A stretch of 64,000 nucleotides of DNA, from positions 1,622,508-1,686,507 of the forward strand of contig MU053588.1 of NCBI GenBank assembly GCA_013239625.1, given 5' to 3'. The translations under genes were made by a program, and so were the position numbers. The stretch is from Lama guanicoe. Taxonomy: Eukaryota. The notes beneath the pieces are model-generated. The model was not told where the DNA came from, searched no databases, and saw nothing but the letters and a program-made list of their open reading frames with translations. Position 1 is the first letter of the stretch, and the number at the start of each line of letters is the position of its first letter. Of this stretch, positions 12,113 through 24,233 are shown in pieces.

Positions 12113-12934
12113 TAATTAACTAATTAATTAATTTTTTTAAAATAAGAAAGTACAGCCAGCAGGATTTGTTGATGAATTGAAAATAGCATGGACTGTGTGT
12201 GAAAGAAAAAGAAACAGACAGAGAGAGAAAGTGAGAGAGAGAAAGACAGATCAAGGATGACTTGAGGGTTACAATGAAGCCTCAATTTCATCAACAGGAA
12301 AAGGAGGGCAATACTTACTGCATAGGGTTATGGGGAGTCTATACAATCATGGGAATAGAGCACTTAGCACATTTCATACACCGCTGTTATCATTATTTAT
12401 TACGGGATGTGTTGAGACAACTCATCTAAACCCATCCTCTTTGTTCTGGCACCCCAAAATCCCTACATGTGTCCCCTGAGATGCCAAGAAAGCCCTCCAC
12501 CATGCCTCAATTTCTCCCAAAACATCTACCCCCTAATTTTATGTTCCTCACAGAGAAAATAGAGGTGACTCACAGCAACTTCCTCCCTTGCCACCATTCC
12601 ATGTGTTCTAAGGATTTGCCAGCCCAAGGATGTCCTAGAAGGACCCCAGGCTCCTTGTTCTAGCCTCCTTTCTGGAACTCTCAAATTCCATCTCCCATTT
12701 ATCATCTCCTGGCCACCACCCACCTGGGCTTCCCCAGGCCTGCCCAAACCCTGCCAGCAAATTCCAAATTCAGATGGTGTATTTGCTTTATTCACACAAA
12801 CTAGGATTCTCCCTCCAGCCAACCTGATGGGTCATGGACTTGGCTTGCTTTACAATCACCTGGGGATGTCTAGAGGCACCAACATTGGGGATGCAATCCC
12901 AGAGATTTGATTGGTTTTGATTCTTGCACTCTGT

Positions 12935-13113
12935 CAGTGGTTCTCAAACTTTAATGTGCAGCAGAATCAGCAGGAGGTCTTGCTAAACCGTAGATTGCTG
13001 GACCCCACGGCCAGAATTTCTGATTCAGTGTAGCTCAGAGAATTTGCATTTCTAACAGGTTCCCAGATGGAGCTGCTGCTGTCGCTCCAAGGACCACACT
13101 TTGAGAACCACTG
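12935..13113. mobile_element. MER5A (hAT-Charlie DNA transposon)
   Basis: TIRs cagtggttctcaaa / tttgagaaccactg; 'ctctgt' duplicated on both flanks. Confidence 0.85.
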
Positions 13114-13139
13114 CTCTGTACTGAGAGTGGTAACATGTA

Positions 13140-13500
13140 ATGGTTAAAATATTGCTTCTCAAAGTGTGATCCATGGACCATTGGCATCACCTTGGGAGGT
13201 GTTAGTAATGCAGAATCTCAGACGCAACCTACTGAATCAGAAATCTGCATTTTAACAATAGCCCCAGGTTATTCAGACATATGTTAAAGTTTAAGGAGCA
13301 CTGAGTTCAATCCCAGTTCTGCCTATTAACTATGAGCTTGGGAAGTGTCTTCTTGAGGTCTCAGCTTCCTCATTTGTAAATAAGGGTAATACGAATATCT
13401 ACCTTATAAGGTCATAGTCAGGATTAAATGAGTTAACAGAAGTCTAACAGTGTCTAGTATAGAAGATACATCAAATAAATATTTGCTATTTTGTTATGAT
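13140..13500 (+). mobile_element. MIR interrupted by a MER5-type element (about 13153-13303)
   Basis: 'cttctcaaagtgtgatccatggacc...tgcagaatctcag...aaagtttaaggagcactg' embedded in MIR core sequence. Confidence 0.65.
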
Positions 13501-14094
13501 TATTATCAACTCCCAAGGTGTTTCTAACATGCAGCTGAGGCTGAAAAACACTGAGCAAGGCTAAAACCTGCCCCCCTGGGACCCTAGGAGCCATGGAGAT
13601 ATCAATGAAAGCATGGAAACAGACTGAAAGAGAGAAGCAGACACCCAGACAGAGGTCAGATAGAAAACAGATAGCGGCAAACCACCAGAGACTGAGACCC
13701 AAGAAATCAAAAGCTGAACCCAGACTTACCCAAGGTGGGACACAGACTCAAGGAGAAATACAACCATAGAGAAGTGCCAACCCTTTCCACAGCCAGGAGT
13801 TAGAGGCAAAGCTAGATGAGGCAGACCTCCCTCCCCTGATCAATGTCCATCCATTCATCCATCCATCCATCCATCTGCCCCAATCCATGGCCCAGCTGTG
13901 ACTCCCCTCTCCCTGCCATGTCTTTATCCCTTCGGTCTGTCCGTCCAACAGGCAGAACCACAGGTCCAGTCCTGGTCCAGGTGGCACCCTCAGGGGCCTG
14001 CACACCTGGGAGAGACTGCTGTGTCGTTAGGTTCTAGTCGCCAAGCATCCAAGAGAGCAGAGGCCACCACCTTTGCAAGTCTCCCCCATGAAGC

Positions 14095-14330
14095 TTAAGA
14101 AGGCAAGCTCTGGGGCCAGGCAGACCTGAGTTTGAATGTGACTCCACCACCTGTGAGCTGTGTGGCCTAGGGCAGGTTACTTTACTTTTCTGTGGCTCAG
14201 TTTCCTTACCTGGAAAATGGGAAATATAAATAAATATGTCTGACTTCCTAAAACTGTACTGAGGATTTAGGGGGAATAACACAAGTGACGTATTTACAGC
14301 AGTGCCTAGTATAGGATAAGCATTCAACTG
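14095..14330 (+). mobile_element. MIR SINE inside intron 1 of the IFNL relic
   Basis: 'cagacctgagtttgaat...ctgtgtggcctagggcaggttac...ctcagtttcctt..aaaatggg'. Confidence 0.75.
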
Positions 14331-17249
14331 TAGGCACCGTGGTTTATGAGTTCCCGCTTGCCTGCTAAAGCCTCACCTTCGGTGCTCCCACTGCCAACAC
14401 GCCCCTCCCAGGTCCTCTGTGGACTCACACTCTCCCTCGTTGGGAGGTAACAGTGGTAGCTCTTACTACTGAGGCCCACCCTCTCCCCTCCATCCCTCAT
14501 GCTGTGGGCTGAGAACCCCTCTCACCCCGCCGTTATCCTCAGACCCACTCCCCCAGGGACTAAGGCAGTAAACTTGATCATCCTGGGCACACCGTAGGGG
14601 CTCATTAATATCTGATGAGAGAAGAGATGAGAGAATTCTTAGGGACTCAGTGGGCCATGGCTCCTGCCACACCTGAAAGCTGGGACCTGTTGTAGCAAGT
14701 GAGGAGTTGGGGGAGTTTACAGGATGGGTATATGTGGGGGCAAGGACAGGGGGCCAGGTGATAAGTGAGGAGACCCACAGGGTCAGGTTGAAGAGAGATG
14801 TGTGAGGAGACACACTTGGGTGGCCCAGGGGGTGGGCACAGGCAACGAGCAATTCAGAGAGAGGGAGGAGAGTGCAATGGGCATCCCAGCTCTCCTGCCT
14901 CACCTGGCAGCCTCACCTGGTCCTTTCACCCAGCTCACCGCCTCCCCAGCCTCTCTAACCCGTCTCCCCTCACCTTTCTCCCTCCCCTAACTTCCCCTCA
15001 GCTCTTCCACTCACTATCCCAGCACCCTGCCCCCTTCACTAATTCTCTCATCACATTCTTACCTAGTCCAGGCTCCTCTCACCTGCCTTGCCCACCTGTC
15101 ACCTCTCAGTCACTCCTGATACATGTCCCCCTTCACCTTTAACCCTCCACCTCTGTCCTTTTTCATCTTTTCCCCTTCACTTACTCTCCCCTTGTCCCCT
15201 CTTCTGTATCCTTTTTGCCAGCAGGGGCTTCCTGTTTCCTACCCAGGACCCCTCAAAAGTCCTCAGGGCTTCTGGGCACCCTGGGGCAGGGCAAGGCACG
15301 GCTGCGGACCTCAGGGCAGGGCAGGGATATGGGGCCAGTGGGATCTCTCAGACCTGTGAGGGAGGGATAGGCAAGCAGTGGATTGTGTAGGAGATGGAGG
15401 TCCCCAGGGGTTGGAATCTGGGGGTGGAACTGAGGTTTTGCAGGGCAAGGTGTTAGAGCCAGTCCACCTCCTCTACTCCCAACAGAACCGAGGTTTGCTC
15501 TTTCTGCCTGTCACTCAACCTCTGCCCTTGAAAATAAGCCCCGTGTTTGTCTCTTGGGTTCCCCCTCCTGCATTGGGGGGTTCTGAGAGACACACCAGAT
15601 TTCGAGGGGGCCCGGCAGATACTGAGGGAGGGAAGGGCAGTAAAAAGAGAGGCTGAGACCCCAATGAGGGTCCTGGACTCAGCTCTTCCCACCCCCATCT
15701 GGGGACCAATGCCTTCCCCTTAATCCTTCCCCAGACCTACCCGGACCACCCAGGACAAGATTGCCTGTTTCCAAGAACATTACAAAACAAGAAAAGCAAA
15801 TTGCAGGAAAACATATGATTGGCACCACTCTTGTAAAAGCTAGTGAGAATATGTGTGTGAACCTGCATTTGACATAAGCGTACAGAAAAAGCTGTGAGTT
15901 AACAATGGGTATCTAAGGGGGTTGGAGTGGAGAAGGGAGGGGTGGAAAGGGAGGGGAAAGGAGTGGAAAGAAGGGGAAAAGAGTATAAGCTGAATGGAAA
16001 AATACACATGGAATCATTTTTCTTTCAGTACATTTTAGTACATAGTACACAAGAAAATAAAAATTTCTAAAGTTTTACAATATTATTTAGTCTTACAAGA
16101 AGTTGCAAAAAAAAAAAAATACTACATTGAGGCTCCCTGCACCCATCATTACAGAACTATAGCACCATCTCGAACTAGGAAATTGACATTGTTGCAATGC
16201 AATTAATGAGACCACAGATTTTAATGGGACTTCACTATCTTTCCAATGTCCTCTTTTTTCTTTTTTTCTGGACTTTGTTTATAATTCCGTGACATTTTAT
16301 CACATGTATAAGTACTACATTCAAGATACAAAATTGTCCCCTCAAAGCAAAGAAATGCCCAAGTGCCACCCCTTTATACAGTCACACCTTCCCTCCTCTT
16401 CTGTTACCCTTGACAACTACTAATCTGTTCTCCATCTCTATAATTGGTCATTTCAAGAACATTAGATAAATGAAATCCAGATGTGTGTAACCTTTTGAGA
16501 TTGGTTTTTTTCATTCAACAAAAGACCTTTAAAATCCACCCAAATTGTTGTATCACTACAATAATTCCTTCTTTTTATTGCTGAGTACTATTCCATTGTA
16601 TGGAAGTGCCAACAATGGAATATTAACCACCAGTTGAAGGACATATGGATTGTTTCTTGTTTGAGGCTACTACAAACTATTAATATTAACTAGTTTAGCT
16701 AGTATTGAATAGTTATATGGGCTATTAAAGCTGCTATGAACATTCATATCTGGTTTTTGTGTGAACATGCATTTTTATATCTCTAGGATAAAGCCCAGGA
16801 GTGTGACTGGTGAGTCATGTGACGTAAGTGTGTGCTTTACTTTTTAAGAAATCTCAACCTGTTTTCTAGAGTGACTGTACCGCTTTACATTCCCACCAGC
16901 AATGTCAGAAAGTTCCAGTTTCTTCGAATTCTCACCAGCATTTAATCCTATCGGTATTATTATGGTTAGGTCAGGTTAATGGGTGTGTAGTGGTATTTCG
17001 TCATGATTTTAATTTGCATTTCTCTAATGGCTAGTGATGCTGACATCTTTTCTTATGTTCACTGGCCACCTGAATATACTGTTTGATGAAACGTCAATGT
17101 TCTCCGTCCATTTTCCAGTTGGATTTTTGGATTTTTGTTTAATTGATGAGTTTTGAGTTTCAAAATATATTCTAGATAAATGATGGGTATGTGGTTTGCA
17201 AATACTGTCTTCCAGCCAGGAGCTTCATTCCAGCTTTTATTTTCTCATC

Positions 17250-17379
17250 TTTTTTGGAGAGGGGGCAGCAGTGGGAGAGGTAATAAGGTTTGTTTGTTTT
17301 TAGTAGAGGTACTGGGGATTGAACCCAGGACCTCATGCATGCTAAGCATGTGCTCTACCACTGAGCTATATTCCCCACC
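17250..17379 (-). mobile_element. Camelid Vic-1-like SINE
   Basis: Reverse complement of the SINE head; TSD-like 'ttat(t/c)ttctcatc' on both sides. Confidence 0.8.
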
Positions 17380-18066
17380 TCCTTATCTTCTCATCCTTTG
17401 AACAGAGCCTCTCACAGGGCAAAAGTTTTTAATTTTGGTGAAGTCCAATTGATCTTTTTTGTTTTTTTAAAGGATGGTGCTTTTGGTGTCAAGTCTAAGA
17501 ACTCTGCTTAACCCCATGTCATGAGGATTTTCTCCATTGTTCTAGAAGTTTCCCGTTTTACCTTTTACATGAAGATCTATGACCCTTTTTGAGTTAATTT
17601 TTGTATAAGGTATGAGGTTCAGGTCAAGGTTCATATTTTCATCTATTATGTCCAGTTGTTCCAGCACCATTTGTTAAAAAGACTACCCTTCCTTTATTGA
17701 GTTGTTTTTCAATTTTTGTCAAAATTCATTTGGGCATACATACATGGCTCCAATTTTGGGTTCTCTTTTCTGTTCCACTGATTTGCATCTGTGTTTCAGT
17801 ACCACACTGTCTTGATTACTGTCACTATCTAATAAGTCTTCAAATCCGGTAGTGTGATTCCTCTTTTTTTTTAAATTTTTAATACTTTTAGCTGTTCTAA
17901 TTCCTTTTCTTTTCCATTTAATTTCAAGATAAGCTTGTATATACATAAGCTTTGCATTGACTCACAGATCAGTTTGGGGAGAGCTGACATCTTTACCACA
18001 CCGAACATACCAGTTCATTAACACCATGTATCTTTACCTTTATTTATTTCTCCTTTGATGTCTTTC

Positions 18067-18283
18067 TGTAAAAGGGAACAAACCTGACTCCATATTGAAT
18101 CTATTCCTTTAGCGCTAAACTTTGTGCTCTGTTTCCTGTGTTTCGTCACACTGGCTCTTCAACTTGTAAAAAAAGCTACCTATAGCCTGAAATACAGAGG
18201 GTAACCCACTCTCAAGGCTGTGACCTGTAAAGAGGTAATACTTTTCCATTCAATAAAAGTTGCAAAACGGAGAATAACATTTG
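18067..18283 (+). mobile_element. 5' half of a second MER41-like LTR (truncated)
   Basis: Aligns by eye to 3920-4150 and stops at 'gagaataacatttg'. Confidence 0.75.
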
Positions 18284-21200
18284 ATAAAAGTCATGTGATC
18301 ATATCAATCAATGCAGAAAAGGCATTTGACCAAATCTAACATCCAATCCTGATTGAGAATACTCGCAACCAAGGAAAAGAAGGAATTATCTCTATCTTAT
18401 TTTTAACTTTTGTTACAGCTTGGAAGCTAAAGAACAAAGGCCCTGGGGGCCTGAGTCCCAGAGACAAAAAGAAGGCTCACAGGAATAAAAGATTAACTTT
18501 ATCTCTGTTACACTAATGATTATACCTAGTTGCCAGAAACTCAACTGTAAATTTTAACCTTATCTGTTCCTGTCCTTTCTGGCAGAAAGGATTTCCTTTC
18601 TCACAGAAGCATTTCCTATTCCTGACAGCCACCACGGAGCCACCTGCTACTGATCAAAGCTTCCAAGCCCATTTTGCCCAAGGCCATTCCCCATTCTTTT
18701 CCAAAATGTCTGCACTCTTGTCTTCTTGTCTCAACTGGATAAACAAAATGTGATATAAACATGTGATGGAGTATTATTCAGCCTTAAAATTAGAGGAAAT
18801 TCAGACACATGCTACAACATGGATAAACCTTGAGGACATTATGCTAGTGAAATAAGATAGTCAGAGAAGGCCAAATACTGTATGATTCTTTGTATGTGAG
18901 GTTGCCACAGAGTGGTCAGATTCATAGAGATAGAAAGTGGAGTGGTGGTTGCCAGAGGCGAGGCGTAAGGGGGAACGGGGAGTTACTGCTTACAGAGTTT
19001 CAGTTTTGCGAGATAAAAAGAGTTCTGTGGATAGATGCCAATTATGACAGCACAACAATGTGAATGTACTTAATGCTGCTGAACTGTACCCTTAATAATG
19101 GTTAAGATGGTAAATTTGATATTATCTGTACTTCACCACAGAATGGCGAGAATGGGCATCCTTACCTGATTTTAGGGTGAAGAACATTCAGTATTTCACT
19201 GTTGTGAGATTACCTGAAGGATTCTCACTGATTTTCTTTATCAGGTCGAAAAAGTTTCCCTCTATTCCTTGGTTGCTGAGAGTTTTCAATCAGGAATGGA
19301 TGTTAGATTTTGTCAAATACCTTTTCTGCATTGATTGATACGATCGTATGACTTTTTTTTTCTTTTGTCTGTTAAGATGGTAGATTCCACTGATAGATTT
19401 TCAAATATTGAACCTGCATTCATGGAATAAATCTCCACTTGGTCATTGCATATGATTTTTTTAAAAATATAAAACATCTTTATTTGCTTTGGACTTTCAT
19501 TTTTCCAGTTTTCCCCCACCTTAACTGTGGTAAAAAGATAAATATAAATAGATAGATAGATAAAGAGATGGATAGATATATATAGTAAAATTCTCTATTA
19601 TAAATATTTTTAATTATACAGTTCAGTGGCATTAAATAAAATCACTATATTGTACAACCATCACCACTATTCTCAAAATTTTTTCAAAGCCCCAAACAGA
19701 AACTCTGTACACATTAAGCAATAATTCCTCTTTCTCCCATGTTCCCAATCCTGGTTACCTGCTACTTTCTGTATCTATGAACTTGCCTGTCCTAGATATT
19801 TCCTATAAGTAGGAACCATACAATATTTGTTCTTTACGTCTGTCTTATTTCACTTAGCATAATGTTTTCAAGGTTCATCCGTGTTGTAGCAGGTATCAGA
19901 ATGTAATTCCATTTTATAGCTGAATAACATTCCATTATGTGTATATACCACATTTTGTTTAGCCATTCATCTGTTCCCACTTTGGGGTGAGAAACAAGAC
20001 CTCTGGCTTTTTTCCACCTTTGGCTACTGGGAATAATGCCGCTATAAACATAGGCATACAAGTATCTTTTTGAGTTTCTATTTTCATTTTTTCTGGATTT
20101 ATACTAGCTTTTTATATGTATTTTTATTGCCGGATACAATTTGCTAATTTTTGTGGGTTTTATTCTTTTGGTCTATGTTCATGAGGAATACTGATCTACA
20201 GTTTTTTTTTTTTTAATTGAAGCGTAGTTGATTTCCTCTTCTTTTTTCTTTTCTTTTCTTTTCTCTATTTTTGTTCTATCTTTATCTTGCTTTGGGATGA
20301 AATGCAATCGTGGCTTTATAAAATGAATTGGAAACTGTTGCCTCCTCTTTTATTTTCTGGAAGCTATTGTGAAGAATTGGTGTTAATTCTTTCTTGAATT
20401 AATATTTGGTATAATTCTACAGTTAAACCGTCCGGGCCTGCTGATTTCTTTCTTGGAAGTTTTTGAAATTACAGATTAAATTTCTTCAATGGTTAAGATT
20501 TTTATATTACCTATTTGATCTTAGGTGAAATTTGGTAGTGTGTTGTTTTTGAGATTTTGCCTAAGTTGTTGAATGTATATGCTTAGAATTACTTGTAGTA
20601 GTCCCTTATTTCCTGTGAGGTTTGCAGTGATATCTCCTCTTTCATTGATGATTGTGGTCATTGGTGTCTTCTCCATTTTTTAATTCTTCAGTCTTGCTAA
20701 AACTTTATCAATTTTATGATACTTTTGAAGAACCAGCTTTTTACTTTATTGATTGCCCTTTTGTTTTTCTGGTTATTTTATCTTTATTCTTATCCTTCTT
20801 ATTTATTTCCTTGTGTTTGCTTTGGGTTTATTTTGCTTTTCTTCTTCTAGTTTCTTGAGGATGCTTAAATTGTTGATTTGAAACAATCTTTTTCAGAATA
20901 AGTATTTAATGCTATAAATTTCTAAGCACTGCTTTAGCTGTATCTCATAAATTTTTATACAGTGTATTTTCATTTTCATTCAGTTCAGCATATTTTTTAT
21001 GTGCCTTGAGATTTCTTCTTTGACCCATGGATTGTTCAGGAATACATTATTTAATTTCCAAGTGTTTGGAAGTTTTCCTGCTGTCTTTCTGTATTAATTT
21101 CTAGTTTGACTCCATCATTGTCAGAAAATATATTCTATATTATTTTAATTCTTTTAAGTTTGTTGACATTGATTTTATAAGCTGGGATACAGCTATCTTG

Positions 21201-22508
21201 TTTAATGTTCCACATGCCCTCGAAAAGAATGTATATTCTAGTTGTTGGGTGGAATGTTCTACAAATGTCAGTTAGCTCCTGTTGGTTGATGGTATTGTTC
21301 AGCCTACTATATCCTTGCTGATTTTTGCATCTAGTCATTCTGAGAGAGACACTGAAGTACCCCACTATAATTGTGCATTTTTCTATTTCTCCTTTCTATG
21401 CTTTGGTTTTTGCTTACTGTATTTTGAAGCTCTGTTATTTGGTGCATACACATTTAGTATTGTTTTGTTTCCTTGGTATATTGACCCTATTATTATTATG
21501 TAGTGTTCTTCTCTGCCTCTGATAATTTTCTTTAGTAATTTCCTAAAGTCTGTTTTATCTAGTATTTATATTGGCACTCCAGATTTCTCTGTTATATCTT
21601 TTTCCACTCATATACATATAACTTATCACAGTATAATAGTGTTGACATTTTATCACTTCAAATGAAATGAGGAACCTTATCACTATTTAGGTCTCTTTAC
21701 TCTCTCTGCTTTATAAGTACATAAACTCTTAAATGTCTCTTTAAATATATTTAGAATTACACTGGACAGTAGTACAATTTGCTTTCAAACATCTAATGTT
21801 ATTTTGAAAACTTGACAGGAGCCAAACTCTGTCCTGAGCTGCTCCTTCTGCAGGGATCTGACCCCACCTTGTTAAGGGGGATCCTTCCCTCTCCCACTTT
21901 ACCTTCTTCATATGTTGGATTCCTTCCTTCCTTTCCTCTAAGTGGAGAAGAGGGTGAAGAGGAGCAAGAGAGAGACTAGCTTTGGTCCCTAAGCATCCAG
22001 AAAGGCCCTCCTCAACCCCATCCTTTTGTACACACACACAAAAAAATGAACACCAGCCCTTCTGTACATATATGGATAGGTGTGTCCTGCCACCTAAATG
22101 TTTGTCAATTCCCCGAGAGGGGACAGGACACCCTCTATCTCTTGGCAACATCTCATCTCTTACTTTTGCTCTTGCCTTTTCCCCACTATCCTGGGTTTTG
22201 TCCTATTCACTTCAGATTTCTATTTTGTGTCAAACTTGCTGTTTATTTTCATACTGAAAAGATGACATTGTCCCCAGAGCCAAAGATAAATGGGAAATAA
22301 GAAAAAGGAAAAAAACAACACTTGAGAGAAGAATAGTCTATTATATTTCCCTGCATATTTGCTCATTTCATCAGCCTTTCTTCATTCCTGATATTCTAAG
22401 TTTCCTTTGGTTTTTATTTTCTTTTATTTATAGAACTTCAGCAGAACTTTTAATACAGGCTTGCTGGTAACATATTCTCTTAGTTTTCTTCATTTAAAAA
22501 TGTCTTGT

Positions 22509-22638
22509 GGGGAGGGCATCGCTCAAGTGATAGATTGCATGCATGAGGTCCTGGGTTCAATCCCCAGTACCTCCTCTAAAAACAAACAAATGAATAAACC
22601 TAATTACCTCCCCCTTCAAAAAATAAATTTTAAAAAAA
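22509..22638 (+). mobile_element. Camelid Vic-1-like SINE
   Basis: 'ggggagggcatcgctcaagtg...gggttcaatccccagtacctcc' followed by a tail. Confidence 0.8.
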
Positions 22639-23762
22639 TTCTTTATTTCACATTCTTTCTTAAGGAATATTTTCACTGGATAGAGAAATCTGGGTTGACA
22701 GTTCTTTTATTACAGTGTTTGAAAAATGTGCCATTTTCTCCTGACCTCCACAGTTTTTGAAGAGAAATGCACTGTCAATCAAATTCTTGTCCCCTCTGAA
22801 ATATAATGGATCATTTCTCTCTGGTTCCTTTCAAGATTCTTTCCTTGTCTTTAGTTTTCAGAAGTTTGACTATTCTGTGCCTAGATATCTATTTCTTTGA
22901 ATTTATCCTGTTTGGGGGTCATTCAGTTTCTTGAATCTGTGGGTTTATATGGTTTGCCAAATATGCAATATATTTAGCCATTATTTCTTCAAAATTTTTT
23001 TCACATCCAGTTTCTTTCTGTTTTTCTACAGGAACTTCAATGGTGTGTATGGTAGATAATTTTTTATTGTCCCAAAAGTCCCTAAGGTTCCTTTTGTCCT
23101 AAAAGGTCCCTTTTAATTTTTAAAAATCTACTTCTCTTTTGTTTGGACTTCAATCTATTGACTCTCTGTTATTCAGATTGGATAATTTCTATTGGTCTAT
23201 TTTCAAGATCACTGATTCTTTCCTTACTCATCTTCATTCCACTATTTAGCCCTTCCCATGAGTTTTATTTCAAGTATTGTATTTTTCAGTTCAAAACTGT
23301 CCATTCAGTTCTTTATGTCTTCTATTTCTTTGCTGAGACTTTCTATTTTTTAATTTGTTTCAAGTGTTCATGATTGCTCCTTGAAGCATTTTTACAATAG
23401 TTATATTAAAATTCTTGTCAGATAATTCCAATATCTGCATCATCTTAGTGTTGGTATCTATTTATTGGCTTTTCCCATTCTATTTACATTTTTCCTGTTT
23501 CTTGAGATATCAAGTACAATGAATTATTTTCTTTTGTGTCTTGGACATTTAGGGTATTATAATATGAGGCCCTAATTCCTTTCTTAAAATGTTACTTCCG
23601 GGGCAATAATCAGAGCTCTGTTTATATATTCTCAGTGACAGTCACCTTGTACAGTAGCTGAATCACAGTTTTTGGAGTTTTGGATCATTTGTTACATAGT
23701 AGTTGTAACCAGATGTGTATGTATTATGTGTATATATTTGTGTGTGTCTTATATACTTAATT

Positions 23763-23785
23763 GTGTATATATATATATGTGTGCG

Positions 23786-23819
<34 letters not shown>

Positions 23820-23838
23820 TACACACACACACACACAC
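23763..23838 (+). repeat. (TA)n(CA)n microsatellite
   Basis: Direct observation. Confidence 0.9.
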
Positions 23839-24233
23839 CCATTTGTATATGAAAGTGGAGATTGTATATGTATGAATGTTTGTGTCCATGTATAATTATT
23901 TTGTTCTCTGGGCCATAGATGCCAAGGAGCAGTAAAGTAGAAATGACTGTATAGGGTCCTTGGTGGGGTAGAGATTAAAGATGATAGAGTCCCAACCATA
24001 ATTTGGGGGTTCTGAGAGCTGGGCTGGATGTCCAAAGTGGCTCATTCACATGGCTGGCCATTGATGTTGAGTGAAGTTGGGAGTATGGTGGTCTCAGGGT
24101 ACATCCTTCTCACATGGCAGCTGGCCTTCCCCATAGTGAGAGTCTCAAGAGAACCAAGCAGAAACTGACTATCTTTTCTGACTTAGACCGAGAGGTCATG
24201 CAGCATCTATGGTTACCCATGAGCCACTAAGGC

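Larger units (their letters stand above)
12781..15590 (+). pseudogene. Highly decayed third IFN-lambda gene (relic) between the IFNL2/3-like gene and IFNL1P
   Basis: 13951-14055 reads GRTTGPVLVQVAPSGACTPGRDCCVVRF*SPSIQE, matching IFNL exon 1 (IFNL1P in this window: TGKSCNIVRFKSLLPSE), and the exon ends TTT|gcaagt. Further pieces follow in collinear order: exon-2-like at 14543-14561 and 14648-14698 (GCTCCTGCC...TGG GAC CTG...CAA|gtgag), a CT-rich intron-2-like tract, exon-3-like 15222-15355 (PVS..KVLRASGHP) and exon-5-like from 15486 (CTGTCACT-CAACCTCT). Confidence 0.55.
16050..23560 (-). mobile_element. Large fragmented antisense L1 with nested SINE, LTR and L1 insertions
   Basis: Long T-rich tract with L1 3' UTR and ORF2-derived motifs; minus-strand ORFs such as 'LNNTINQQELTDICRTFHPT' and 'HTTGFEDLLDSDSNQDSVVL' resemble decayed L1 ORF2. 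Confidence 0.8.

Noticed and set aside
15222..15355. Assigning the relic to IFNL4 because of a 'PGAG' motif
   Set aside because: The exon-1 motif (C..VRF[K]S.S.QE) fits IFNL1/2/3 better than IFNL4 (CLLSHYRSLEP); the evidence is too weak to name it.
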